From a virus (Duplodnaviria > Caudoviricetes), in IMG/VR virus record IMGVR_UViG_3300011337_000246, positions 1-30,952 of that record: 30,952 bases of DNA. The stretch is one strand, 5' to 3'. The stretch's first letter is position 1. The number at the start of each line of letters is the position of its first letter. The notes below the pieces were generated by a model that was not told the DNA's origin, ran no database searches, and saw nothing but the letters and a program-made list of their open reading frames with translations. Made by a program: the position numbers and the translations under genes. Shown in pieces: positions 1 through 8,549 of the stretch.

Positions 1-318
1 GATATCTCATATTCTATTTTGTTTGGAGATAGTAGTGAGTTCAAAGAAAGGTATAATGCCTTTTTTGTTTTTTTAGATACAAATAATGCAAATAAAGGGT
101 TAGAACATAATTTATATTTGCCTTATAGTGGATTCTATACTTATGTTATCTTTGAAACTAATCTAACAGAAGAAACATATAATGATTTGCAAAGTGCAGA
201 TGAAGCACAAGGAACTACTCAATTAGAAACTGGCTTACTTTGGTACATACCAACTGCACAAAACAACACAGAATATAACCCGACTGATTCGACAACTTAC
301 GTTTACACACCGCAATAA
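1..318 (+). CDS. hypothetical virion-region protein, 5'-truncated
   Basis: Frame is open from base 1; its stop overlaps the portal ATG (TAATG). Confidence 0.6.
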   Translation, partial: DISYSILFGDSSEFKERYNAFFVFLDTNNANKGLEHNLYLPYSGFYTYVIFETNLTEETYNDLQSADEAQGTTQLETGLLWYIPTAQNNTEYNPTDSTTYVYTPQ

Positions 319-2324
319 TGACAGATAAAAAAGAATATAATTCAAGTGTAATGGTGCTTAAATTTACGAATGATAAAGTGCCTACATTTGTTGAGCCTAA
401 GTCTTCGCAAAGATTAAAGTATGTGAAGTATGGAGAGAATAATAACTATCCAAATTTTCTACTCACTTTATTCAATCGAAGTGCCAAGCATAACGCAATC
501 TTAACAAGTAAACAGCAATACATAACTGGGCAAGGTTGGATGTTTGATGAGGTAGGCATGGAAGGTGACCAAGTAATCGCATTAAAAGCATTTATAGATA
601 CACCAAATCCTTACGAAACATTAAAAGATTTACTTAATAAAACCGACTTAGATTGTGAAATATTTGGAGGTTGTTACATTAAAGTTATTAGCGACAAGAA
701 AGGTGCAATATCAGAAATTTATCACGTTAATTATTGTGATGTACGAAGCACAGAGGATAACAGCGAATTTTATATTAGTGATAAGTGGTTAAATAATGAA
801 GGTGGCGAAAACACTAATATCAAAGAAGATGAATACACCACACTTCCACCATTTGACCCAACGCAAAACAAGCTGCCAAAAGAAAGTATTTACTATTACA
901 AGTCGTATAGACCTAACATCAATACTTATACATTACCCGAGTACATTGGGGCAATACCTGCAATTATTACTGATGCTGAAATAGCCAATTTTCACAGAGC
1001 CGAAATTCAAAATAGTTTCAAAGGTTCTAAAATGATTGTATTCAAGAATGGTGTACCTTCAGATGAAGAAATGAAGTCAACTGAACGTAAGTTAAAAGCT
1101 AAGTTCACACCAACAGACAACGCAGGCAGTATAGTAATTGATTTCGTAGATGACCCGAATAGAGTTCCCGAGATTTTAGACCTTGCAGCAGGAGATTTTG
1201 ATAAGAAATACGAAGCGTTAAACGACACGATACAACAAGAGATTTTCACTGGGCATAAAATTACATCTCCGCTTTTATTTGGAATAAGAGAAAATGCAGG
1301 ATTAGGTAATAACGCAAATGAATTAGTGAGTGCATATAACCTATTCGCTAATACTTACGTTAACCCGAAACAAAGAGTACAAGAAGAAATTTATAATCTA
1401 TTCTCACCAGTTAAAGGCAAGCTAAAAATAAAAGCATTAGAACCTATCATGCCAAGTTTTAGTGAGCAGACTTTGATGACTATTTTAACAAAGGATGAGA
1501 TGCGAGAAATTATAGGTCGCAAACCACTAGACATTCAAACCAATGTTAATTCAACTATTAGTGATGCCTTAAATTCTTTGAGTCCATTAGTAGCCAACAA
1601 GGTTTTATCTTCATTAAGTCAAGATGAGATAAGGGGAATAGTAAACAAGCCACCATTAGCAGCCGATGCAATTATACCAACTGATACACCTAATCAATTT
1701 TCTAAATGTTCACATGATTCAATCGCAGATGATGATTTGGATTTTAGTGTGTTTTTAAAATATGGTGAGCCTGTTGAGAATTTTGTAAGTGTAAAGCATA
1801 AGAAATTTATGTTTAGTTCGCAGCAATTTGCATTGACAAAACAAGATAATGCGGTATTAGATTTGATTCAGAAAACACCTAATATTTTAATTGAAGATTT
1901 AACCAAGATTTTAAAGACAGATAAGACATCAATTATTGAAAGTTTGACAGCATTAGGTGATGAAGGTTTGATTGATTTGGATAGTGAAGGCAAGATAAGT
2001 TTAACAAGGTCGGGTTCAAATAAAGTAGTACCAAGTTTTCAAGACTTATACATACGTTACAGATACGTTTTAAGACCCGATGCGCCACCATTAGTTAAAG
2101 GTGGAACAAGTAGACCTTTCTGCGAATCAATGATGGCAAATCCACGTTATTTCTCAAAGGATGACATAGACAAAATTGGGCAAGAATTAGGTGCTATTTA
2201 TGGAATACCTAATTACGATGCTTTTCGTAGGCGAGGTGGATGGTATCATGACCCAAAACAAGATGTAAATTTGCCTTTTTGCAGGCATATTTTTGTTCAA
2301 GAATTAGTTAAGAAAATAAGATAA
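318..2324 (+). CDS. portal protein with C-terminal winged-HTH-like and Cys/His (MuF-like) extension
   Basis: 668 aa; motifs YGENNNYP..L..L...S..H.AI, Y.LPEYIGA and IFTGHKITSP.LFGI resemble portals of Bacteroidota phages; the C-terminus has SRPFC...RGGWY...CRH. Confidence 0.75.
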   Translation: MTDKKEYNSSVMVLKFTNDKVPTFVEPKSSQRLKYVKYGENNNYPNFLLTLFNRSAKHNAILTSKQQYITGQGWMFDEVGMEGDQVIALKAFIDTPNPYETLKDLLNKTDLDCEIFGGCYIKVISDKKGAISEIYHVNYCDVRSTEDNSEFYISDKWLNNEGGENTNIKEDEYTTLPPFDPTQNKLPKESIYYYKSYRPNINTYTLPEYIGAIPAIITDAEIANFHRAEIQNSFKGSKMIVFKNGVPSDEEMKSTERKLKAKFTPTDNAGSIVIDFVDDPNRVPEILDLAAGDFDKKYEALNDTIQQEIFTGHKITSPLLFGIRENAGLGNNANELVSAYNLFANTYVNPKQRVQEEIYNLFSPVKGKLKIKALEPIMPSFSEQTLMTILTKDEMREIIGRKPLDIQTNVNSTISDALNSLSPLVANKVLSSLSQDEIRGIVNKPPLAADAIIPTDTPNQFSKCSHDSIADDDLDFSVFLKYGEPVENFVSVKHKKFMFSSQQFALTKQDNAVLDLIQKTPNILIEDLTKILKTDKTSIIESLTALGDEGLIDLDSEGKISLTRSGSNKVVPSFQDLYIRYRYVLRPDAPPLVKGGTSRPFCESMMANPRYFSKDDIDKIGQELGAIYGIPNYDAFRRRGGWYHDPKQDVNLPFCRHIFVQELVKKIR

Positions 2325-2920
2325 TGGCAAAGGCAATTTTTTTAAGCGAAGCAACATTAAAGCAAGAGTCAATCTTGCAAGATAATGTAGACATGAAGGT
2401 AGTAACACCGACAATAATTGATGTGCAATCGTTTTATATTTTACCGATATTAGGAACAGCATTGTATAATGATTTTGTAACAAAGATTATAGCAGGCACG
2501 TTAAGTAATTCGTACAAATTATTACTTGATACTTACATCACTCCTGCGATGATTTGGTATGTGCGTTATGAGTTACCTTTGAATATTAATTACAAGTATT
2601 TCAACAAGGCGGTGGGTGTTCAGAATGCTGATAATATGCAGCCTGCAAGCATTGATGAACTTACGATAGTTATGGATAGGGCAAAGAATAAAGCGGAATG
2701 GTATGCGGAGAGATTAACCAAGTATCTATACGCAAACGAAACAACATACCCATTGTTTTTAAATCAACCTAATTCAGACTTGGCTACTATCTATGCAAAG
2801 CAATCTAATTATACAAGTGGTATGCTGTTAGATGATAACTCATGCTGCATGGGAAAACAAAATTTTACAGACCTTGAAACAAGTCCAAGTGTAACTGGCA
2901 GAGGTTGCACATTCTGCTAA
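2324..2920 (+). CDS. head-tail adaptor/connector-like protein
   Basis: Directly follows the portal; Q..YILPILGTALY motif; 198 aa. Confidence 0.55.
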   Translation: MAKAIFLSEATLKQESILQDNVDMKVVTPTIIDVQSFYILPILGTALYNDFVTKIIAGTLSNSYKLLLDTYITPAMIWYVRYELPLNINYKYFNKAVGVQNADNMQPASIDELTIVMDRAKNKAEWYAERLTKYLYANETTYPLFLNQPNSDLATIYAKQSNYTSGMLLDDNSCCMGKQNFTDLETSPSVTGRGCTFC

Positions 2921-3054
2921 TGAACAAAGGAATAAATAAAACAAATATCGAAAAGCTACAAGCGTTTATTAAACAACAAAATGAAATTCATAACACTAAA
3001 CCAAGTCCTAAACATACTAAGAACAATCTGCAACAACCACGCACAAATAAATAG
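2920..3054 (+). CDS. small hypothetical ORF (44 aa, MNKGINKTNIEKLQAFIK...)
   Basis: ATG overlaps the upstream stop (TAATG); the ORF overlaps the start of the next gene; below the ORF-track cutoff. Confidence 0.3.
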   Translation: MNKGINKTNIEKLQAFIKQQNEIHNTKPSPKHTKNNLQQPRTNK

Positions 3055-3424
3055 TTTTGTGTTTGGGCATATTTCAGAGATTAGTGCAAGTGAGCAAGAG
3101 CAATATCCATTGGTTTGGTGTGACATAAACGACAGCCAAATGAGTGAACGAATGTTTACTATGAATTTATCATTGCACGTTTTAGACATTCAAAGAGCAG
3201 ATGGAAGTAATGAAGTAGATGTATTAAGTGATACGTTAAGCATAGGTAGAGACTTAGTCGCAGCGTTGAATAATCCAATTTATCAAGATTATTTTAATGT
3301 TCAATTTGATATAAACTTTGGGCAAGTTAGAGAGGGCTTTCCCGATGTAGTAGATGGATGGAAATTAGACATAGGATTAGACTTGATGGAGTTAAACGAT
3401 AGATGTCAAATCCCAACTCAATAA
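2981..3424 (+). CDS. tail terminator/completion-like protein
   Basis: 147 aa with YPLVW and VLSDTLSI..D motifs; position after the adaptor. Confidence 0.5.
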   Translation: MKFITLNQVLNILRTICNNHAQINSFVFGHISEISASEQEQYPLVWCDINDSQMSERMFTMNLSLHVLDIQRADGSNEVDVLSDTLSIGRDLVAALNNPIYQDYFNVQFDINFGQVREGFPDVVDGWKLDIGLDLMELNDRCQIPTQ

Positions 3425-3455
3425 ACAATTTAAACAAAAATTTATATATAATATT

Positions 3456-3722
3456 ATGAGTACAGCATTAGAGAAAATAAGCGGAATGGGTGGCTTCTAT
3501 GCCAACGCAGGAACAGCAGCAAGAACAGGGATAGCAGTTGAGAGCATAGTTGTAATGACTGATTGTGTTTTCACAGCATTCGCAATCAATGGAGTTAATC
3601 AAATGACTTTGAAAAATTTGACTGGAGTAACGATTAAAGCAGGCACATATTTACCAACTAATCCTGGCTTTCAAATTACTGCTTATACATTGGCAAGTGG
3701 TTCAGTAATCGAGTATAATTAA
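3456..3722 (+). CDS. small structural protein
   Basis: 88 aa, beta-rich, ends in TLASGSVIEY; structural context. Confidence 0.45.
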   Translation: MSTALEKISGMGGFYANAGTAARTGIAVESIVVMTDCVFTAFAINGVNQMTLKNLTGVTIKAGTYLPTNPGFQITAYTLASGSVIEYN

Positions 3723-4531
3723 TGGCTAATTTTCCAACGATAGCGATAGGTTTACCATTTGTTCATAGCAGCGGATTAAGTGCGCAAGCTCAAGCGTGGA
3801 AAGCAAGCATAGTAGCTAATGGTGGCAGTATTACAGATGCTGAACTTGCAGCGATTGATGATAATTTCTTTAAACCTGCGGTTGCTAATGGTTCTATTTT
3901 AACTCAATTAGATAGGCTAAATATCTACGCAGGATTAAGCAATAGTATTGCTCAAAGAACTTGTATTATAAGAGGTAGTTTGATTACACCTGTTAGTAGT
4001 CCAACATTTGACATTAATGGTGTTAAGTCAAGTGGTACAAGTTATTTAAACTTGAATTACAACCCATCGGTGAATGCAGTTAAATTAACTTTAAATTCAT
4101 TAAGTCATGGTTATTTTGTAAAAAATCCAATGTTCTCATCAACTATAAGAGCAATGGGTAGCAGACAAGCTTCTGTTGTCAGGTTATCATTATTGAGATA
4201 TATAAACATTTCAACTGCATATAACAATGAGACCGATGGTGCAGCAAATACAAGTGTGGTAACAAGTGGATGGGTATGTTGCGAAGGTCAAAGACTTAAT
4301 TCGACTACTCAAAATTACAGCATAATAAATGGTTCTTATAATAGTGTAACAAGAACTTCAATAGGATTGCCTAATAGTCCAACTGCCGAGTTAACAGAGT
4401 TCAATGAAACTGGACCTGTTGGGGCTTATGATACGATGTATCATGGTGCTTCATGGCATGGTTCAGGAGGAATTGATAATACAGCTTTAGTAACATTCAT
4501 TAGAAACACATTTACAGCCTTAGGAGTATAA
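3722..4531 (+). CDS. putative fibre/decoration protein (lectin-like beta fold)
   Basis: 269 aa rich in Ser/Thr/Gly/Asn; lies at the end of the structural block. Confidence 0.4.
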   Translation: MANFPTIAIGLPFVHSSGLSAQAQAWKASIVANGGSITDAELAAIDDNFFKPAVANGSILTQLDRLNIYAGLSNSIAQRTCIIRGSLITPVSSPTFDINGVKSSGTSYLNLNYNPSVNAVKLTLNSLSHGYFVKNPMFSSTIRAMGSRQASVVRLSLLRYINISTAYNNETDGAANTSVVTSGWVCCEGQRLNSTTQNYSIINGSYNSVTRTSIGLPNSPTAELTEFNETGPVGAYDTMYHGASWHGSGGIDNTALVTFIRNTFTALGV

Positions 4532-4533
4532 TT

Positions 4534-4746
4534 ATGAAAGTAATATCAGCAACATTAAAACAAAAAAAAGAACTTGAAGGAACTTATTTAAATGGTTCTA
4601 TTTTAGAGTTTATATTAGATTCAAATAATAAGTATGTATGCAATATTGCAGTAATTGATGATGCAGATTTCATTGAGATTAAAGACAAACTAATTGCACT
4701 GCCACAAATAGATTTTAAACCAATTATAGAAGAAAATGCACTTTAG
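4534..4746 (+). CDS. hypothetical protein
   Basis: 70 aa ORF in a tightly packed operon. Confidence 0.55.
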   Translation: MKVISATLKQKKELEGTYLNGSILEFILDSNNKYVCNIAVIDDADFIEIKDKLIALPQIDFKPIIEENAL

Positions 4747-4930
4747 ATTTCTTGACATATTAGTCTCATTAGTTGGCTTTGTAGCCTTACTTGAGAAACA
4801 CAATTTTTTATTCGCTTCCATTGCTTCGATTTGTACGATTATATATTGGATATACAGATTTTGTAATTGGATTATCAAAATGATTTTAGACAAATCTATT
4901 GATGACTTTGAAAAGGGACTAAAAAAATGA
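4736..4930 (+). CDS. small membrane protein, holin candidate
   Basis: Two hydrophobic segments and a charged C-terminus; upstream of the endolysin. Confidence 0.45.
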   Translation: MHFRFLDILVSLVGFVALLEKHNFLFASIASICTIIYWIYRFCNWIIKMILDKSIDDFEKGLKK

Positions 4931-5292
4931 TTGAGTTTGACTACATGATATTGGGAATAATATTCGCTTTGATTGCAGGCTATTGCCGAGCATTGTTTGA
5001 ATGTATTATTTTGTTCGATTCTTTATTCGAGAAACATGGATATAGTGAGTGGTGGAGTTATGCGAGATTTACAAGAAACAAACATGGATATTTAGAAAAC
5101 ACATTCCCAAATGATGGTGGTCATCGTATTAAATTAATAGAGTTATTATTTGATAGTTTAGCGTGTGTATGCTTGAGTTATTCATACGATGAGATACTAC
5201 ATAGCTTTATATCAACTATGATGGCTGTGGTGTTAACTTATGCACTTGTAAAATCATTTGGTTTTGAGCAAACATTTAAGGAATTGAGATGA
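4927..5292 (+). CDS. hypothetical membrane protein
   Basis: About 3 hydrophobic segments; ATGA overlaps at both ends. Confidence 0.55.
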   Translation: MIEFDYMILGIIFALIAGYCRALFECIILFDSLFEKHGYSEWWSYARFTRNKHGYLENTFPNDGGHRIKLIELLFDSLACVCLSYSYDEILHSFISTMMAVVLTYALVKSFGFEQTFKELR

Positions 5293-5492
5293 AGAAAATA
5301 TCACTTAGAAACTATTTTGAGCCTACACCTAAGAATGTCAAAAGATGGCTATTAGCTATCAAGTCAATATTAGCGACCATCTCGGTTTCTGCTTATGTTA
5401 ATGGCAATGAGAAAATAGCATTTTGGATATTGGTAGGCGGTGCTTGTATAGATGAACTAACTAATTTAATTAGCAATGAAGATAGGACTTAA
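5289..5492 (+). CDS. holin candidate
   Basis: 67 aa with a basic N-terminus (YFEPTPK) and two TM segments; overlaps the remnant endolysin start. Confidence 0.55.
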   Translation: MKKISLRNYFEPTPKNVKRWLLAIKSILATISVSAYVNGNEKIAFWILVGGACIDELTNLISNEDRT

Positions 5493-5517
5493 AGGCTTAG
5501 GATTAATCAAGAAATAA
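5476..5517 (+). pseudogene. remnant 5' end of endolysin (MKIGLKGLGLIKK*)
   Basis: The 13 codons align without gaps to the first 13 aa of the endolysin at 6146 (MKTSINGINLIKK-FEG), followed by TAA. Confidence 0.75.
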
Positions 5518-5519
5518 TG

Positions 5520-5527
5520 TATATTTG
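5520..5527 (+). promoter_or_regulatory. Bacteroidota -7 promoter element (TATATTTG) for the HNH cassette
   Basis: Matches TAnnTTTG; intergenic, at the left edge of the insertion. Confidence 0.6.
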
Positions 5528-5531
5528 TATT

Positions 5532-5616
5532 GGGATAGGTTGGATTAATTAACCAATTGATAAAGTCGAAGCGTTTACGATTTTCCCTTTTATTTTTAAA
5601 CGCTAAATTAAACGCT
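5532..5616 (+). promoter_or_regulatory. structured 5' leader with predicted pseudoknot
   Basis: GGGA/TCCC closes two hairpins; loop AGCGTTTA (5570-5577) is complementary to TAAACGCT at 5597-5604 and 5609-5616. Confidence 0.5.
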
Positions 5617-5624
5617 AAAAAAAA

Positions 5625-6149
5625 ATGCAAAAAGAAATTTGGAAAGATATACCTAATTATATTGGGATATATCAAGTAAGCAACTTAGGAAATGTTAAAA
5701 GTTTATCAAGAGTTATTAAAAGAGAAACAAGTAATTTTTCTGTAAAAGAAAAGATTTTAACACCTAAAGTTTGTGGCGGTGGGTATTATCAAGTCTGTTT
5801 ATGTAAAGAAAATGAAAAACATAAATATATTAAAATACATCAATTAGTTGCAACTTGTTTTTTAAATCATATACAAGATGGGACACAAAAAATAGTTGTA
5901 GACCATATTGATAATAATACCAAAAATAATAAAGTAGAAAACTTACAACTAATTTCACAAAGAGAAAATAGTTCAAAAGATAAAAAGAAAAACAAAGTAA
6001 GAACATCTATTTATACTGGTGTTAGTAAAAGTAAAAATAATAAGTGGAGAGCATCTATAACAATAGGTAAAAAAAATTATAATTTAGGTGAATACAAATG
6101 TGAGTTAAAAGCATTTTATATTTACAATAAAAAAGTAATCTCATTATGA
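5625..6149 (+). CDS. NUMOD4-HNH homing endonuclease with AP2-like C-terminal domain
   Basis: EIWKDIPNY.G.YQVSNLGNVKS (NUMOD4); HQLVA..F...VDHIDN...NN...NL (HNH); YTGVSK...KWRASI...LG.Y (AP2-like). Confidence 0.9.
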   Translation: MQKEIWKDIPNYIGIYQVSNLGNVKSLSRVIKRETSNFSVKEKILTPKVCGGGYYQVCLCKENEKHKYIKIHQLVATCFLNHIQDGTQKIVVDHIDNNTKNNKVENLQLISQRENSSKDKKKNKVRTSIYTGVSKSKNNKWRASITIGKKNYNLGEYKCELKAFYIYNKKVISL

Positions 6150-6574
6150 AAACATCAATAAATGGAATAAATCTCATAAAGAAATTTGAAGGGTGCAAAC
6201 TGCAAGCATATCTTTGCCCATCAGGCATACCTACAATTGGAATGGGAAACACCTTTTATAAAAACGGATCTAAAATAAAGTTAGGCGATAAGATTACACA
6301 ACAACAAGCGGAAGAATTATTGATGGATTTGCTGCCACAATTTGAGGCGATAGTAAATAAGAATATTAAAATAGATTTAACCCAATATCAATTCGATGCC
6401 TTAGTTTCATTTGTGTGGAATTGTGGAAAGTCAGAAACATTATTTAAGTTAGTTAATAATCAATCTAAAGACCTCAAACAATGGTGGGAAACACATTACA
6501 CAACGGGAGGCGGTAAGGTATTACAAGGTTTAGTTAATCGTAGAAAAGCAGAGGCACAATTATTCCACTTATAA
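6146..6574 (+). CDS. endolysin, GH24 lysozyme
   Basis: IKKFEGC.L.AY.CPSG.PTIG.G, QFDALVSF..N.G and GLVNRR.AE motifs. Confidence 0.92.
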   Translation: MKTSINGINLIKKFEGCKLQAYLCPSGIPTIGMGNTFYKNGSKIKLGDKITQQQAEELLMDLLPQFEAIVNKNIKIDLTQYQFDALVSFVWNCGKSETLFKLVNNQSKDLKQWWETHYTTGGGKVLQGLVNRRKAEAQLFHL

Positions 6575-7570
6575 ATGGCAGGTCAAACAAGTATTAAATC
6601 CGACATTGCAAAAGAGTATTTATTAAAGTTTCCAAATACTGCGAATTTAACTTTGGCTAAAAAAATTTATGCTGAAAACAAAAGCGTATATAAAGACATT
6701 GAAGAAGTGAGAAGTCACATAAGGGCTTTGAAAGGTGTTCATGGTGTTAGAAACAAACAAGAAAGGCACGTTGAATTTAGAAAACAATTTGAAGCACTAA
6801 AGAAAGATTTACCAAAAGGCGAGAGTGAAAGAATACAACCGTACACACTACCAAAAGCAAGCAAGAAGATTTTAATTATAAGTGATTTACACATTCCTTA
6901 TCACAATGATGATGCAGTATTCGCAGCATTAGAATATGGATTAGAGCAACAAGTTGATACTATTATAATCAATGGTGATTTGATTGATTTTGCGACCATT
7001 TCCCGACATGAAAAGGACATGAGAAAGAGGTCAGTCAAATACGAGATGGATTGTACTCGTATATTCTTGAAAGGTTTGAGGGCTATGTTCCCAAAAGCAC
7101 TAATAGTGTGGAGTTATGGCAATCATTGTATAAGATATGACAAGTACATTATGCAGAAAGCACCTGAGATATTCGATATTGAATTAATACAACTGCATGA
7201 ACTTTTAAAACTTAGAGATTTAAATATTATCAAAGTAGATAGCACTCAATATATCTATGCAGGTAAGTTGGCAATATTTCATGGTCACGAAACTGGACTA
7301 ACTTCAGGAGGTGTAAATCCTGCACGTTCATTAAGGTTAAAGTTAAATAAAAGCGCAGTAACATCACACTTTCACAGGGAAACAAAAGACATGGGAAAGA
7401 ACTTAGATGAACACCCTTATTCATGCTTTTCAATAGCTTGTTTGTGCGACTTGCACCCTGCTTATATGCCTATCAATATGTGGACACATGGATTTGGGTA
7501 TTTAGAATTAAGTCAAAATGGGGATTATAAATTTTATCAAAAATCAATAATTGAAGGAAAAATTTTTTAG
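6575..7570 (+). CDS. calcineurin-like metallophosphoesterase with N-terminal helical domain
   Basis: SDLHIPYH, NGDLID, GNH, HGH and SHFH motifs. Confidence 0.85.
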   Translation: MAGQTSIKSDIAKEYLLKFPNTANLTLAKKIYAENKSVYKDIEEVRSHIRALKGVHGVRNKQERHVEFRKQFEALKKDLPKGESERIQPYTLPKASKKILIISDLHIPYHNDDAVFAALEYGLEQQVDTIIINGDLIDFATISRHEKDMRKRSVKYEMDCTRIFLKGLRAMFPKALIVWSYGNHCIRYDKYIMQKAPEIFDIELIQLHELLKLRDLNIIKVDSTQYIYAGKLAIFHGHETGLTSGGVNPARSLRLKLNKSAVTSHFHRETKDMGKNLDEHPYSCFSIACLCDLHPAYMPINMWTHGFGYLELSQNGDYKFYQKSIIEGKIF

Positions 7571-7584
7571 GTTTAAAAGTTTAG

Positions 7585-7592
7585 TATATTTG
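7585..7592 (+). promoter_or_regulatory. Bacteroidota -7 promoter element (TATATTTG)
   Basis: TAnnTTTG in an intergenic region, about 40 nt before a terminator hairpin. Confidence 0.6.
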
Positions 7593-7596
7593 CACC

Positions 7597-7662
7597 AGTA
7601 GTTTTTTGTAGATTCGTTTCATTAATTTGGTTAAGAGCCCTGACATAGTTGGGGCTTTTTTT
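7597..7662 (+). ncRNA. candidate ~65-nt small RNA
   Basis: Promoter, then a U-rich ORF-less stretch, then an intrinsic terminator; 17-nt perfect complement to 11188-11204. Confidence 0.45.
7633..7662 (+). terminator. intrinsic terminator
   Basis: AAGAGCCCTGAC-ATA-GTTGGGGCTTTT stem followed by a T tract. Confidence 0.8.
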
Positions 7663-7664
7663 AT

Positions 7665-7672
7665 TACATTTG
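7665..7672 (+). promoter_or_regulatory. -7 promoter element (TACATTTG), probably giving a leaderless spanin mRNA
   Basis: TAnnTTTG ending 4 nt before the ATG at 7677. Confidence 0.5.
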
Positions 7673-7676
7673 CTGA

Positions 7677-8096
7677 ATGAAAAAACTAATAACAATACTT
7701 TGCTTCACTTACTTATTATCGGGTTGCTTATACACTAAGAAACGAGCAATAGAAAAGTTCTGCACCACAGATAGTATTCCTTATTCAATAATCGTACATG
7801 ATACAATAGTTATAAAGGCAATACAAGTAGATACATTCTTTAATGCTAAATTAGATTCATTCACAATCATTAAAGATAGACTTGAGATTCGTTACAAGAA
7901 AGTAGGCGAAAAAATATTCATACAAGGTGAATGCAAATCAGATACTATATATAAGACTAAATTGGTCCAGGTGAAAATCCCAATGGTGAAACCTAAGAAT
8001 AGATGGTGGGTTGAATACTATTGGCTGCCCTACTTGATCTTGTTAGTATTACTCATTAGGTATTTTGTAATCAAGAAAATAGAGAAAATGAGTTAA
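7677..8096 (+). CDS. unimolecular spanin-like lipoprotein
   Basis: Signal peptide with lipobox LSGC, beta-rich middle, C-terminal TM (YWLPYLILLVLLIRYFVI) and basic tail; last gene of the lysis region. Confidence 0.65.
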   Translation: MKKLITILCFTYLLSGCLYTKKRAIEKFCTTDSIPYSIIVHDTIVIKAIQVDTFFNAKLDSFTIIKDRLEIRYKKVGEKIFIQGECKSDTIYKTKLVQVKIPMVKPKNRWWVEYYWLPYLILLVLLIRYFVIKKIEKMS

Positions 8097-8124
8097 GTAG
8101 TTCGGGATTTCCGAATAAGTTGAT

Positions 8125-8156
8125 AGCCTTAAAAGTAACATTTTAGGGCTTTTTTT
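8125..8156 (+). terminator. intrinsic terminator ending the late/lysis block
   Basis: AGCCTTAAAA-GTAACA-TTTTAGGGCT followed by TTTTTT. Confidence 0.8.
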
Positions 8157-8272
8157 ACTTTTGCACTAAAAAATATTGTATTGATTTATAGCAAGTTACG
8201 ATTTATTTTTAATGATTATTTTGTAATGTCGTATAATTGTACGACCATTGTACTCAGATAAACGAAACAAAT

Positions 8273-8545
8273 ATGACAATCCAAGACTTAAAAGACAACA
8301 GAAATTTAATTATCGAAAAAATTATCGAATTAGGCTGCGAAGAAAACATGAAAGAATTTATGGAACTAATGGTAGAAGAAGTTAAATTCGGGTTTAAATT
8401 TGATTTAGACTACCTAATATCAACAATACACAATACTAATTTTAGAGAAAGAGCAAAGAGAAGCGGTCACAAATTAGCAGAATTTGCAGGCAATAACGAC
8501 AAAAGAACTTTCAATCATTTAACTAAAGAATACCAATATAACTAA
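8273..8545 (+). CDS. hypothetical early protein
   Basis: ATG at 8273 with A-rich upstream is preferred over TTG at 8237. Confidence 0.6.
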   Translation: MTIQDLKDNRNLIIEKIIELGCEENMKEFMELMVEEVKFGFKFDLDYLISTIHNTNFRERAKRSGHKLAEFAGNNDKRTFNHLTKEYQYN

Positions 8546-8549
8546 AATT

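Noticed and set aside
5532-5587. Hammerhead ribozyme
   Set aside because: A three-way junction is present, but the CUGANGA and GAAA core motifs are not intact or correctly placed.
5516-6185. Group I intron in the endolysin gene
   Set aside because: Only about 105 non-coding nt are available, I could not see a P7 core or a terminal G before TTGAAGGG, and the downstream gene has its own complete N-terminus.
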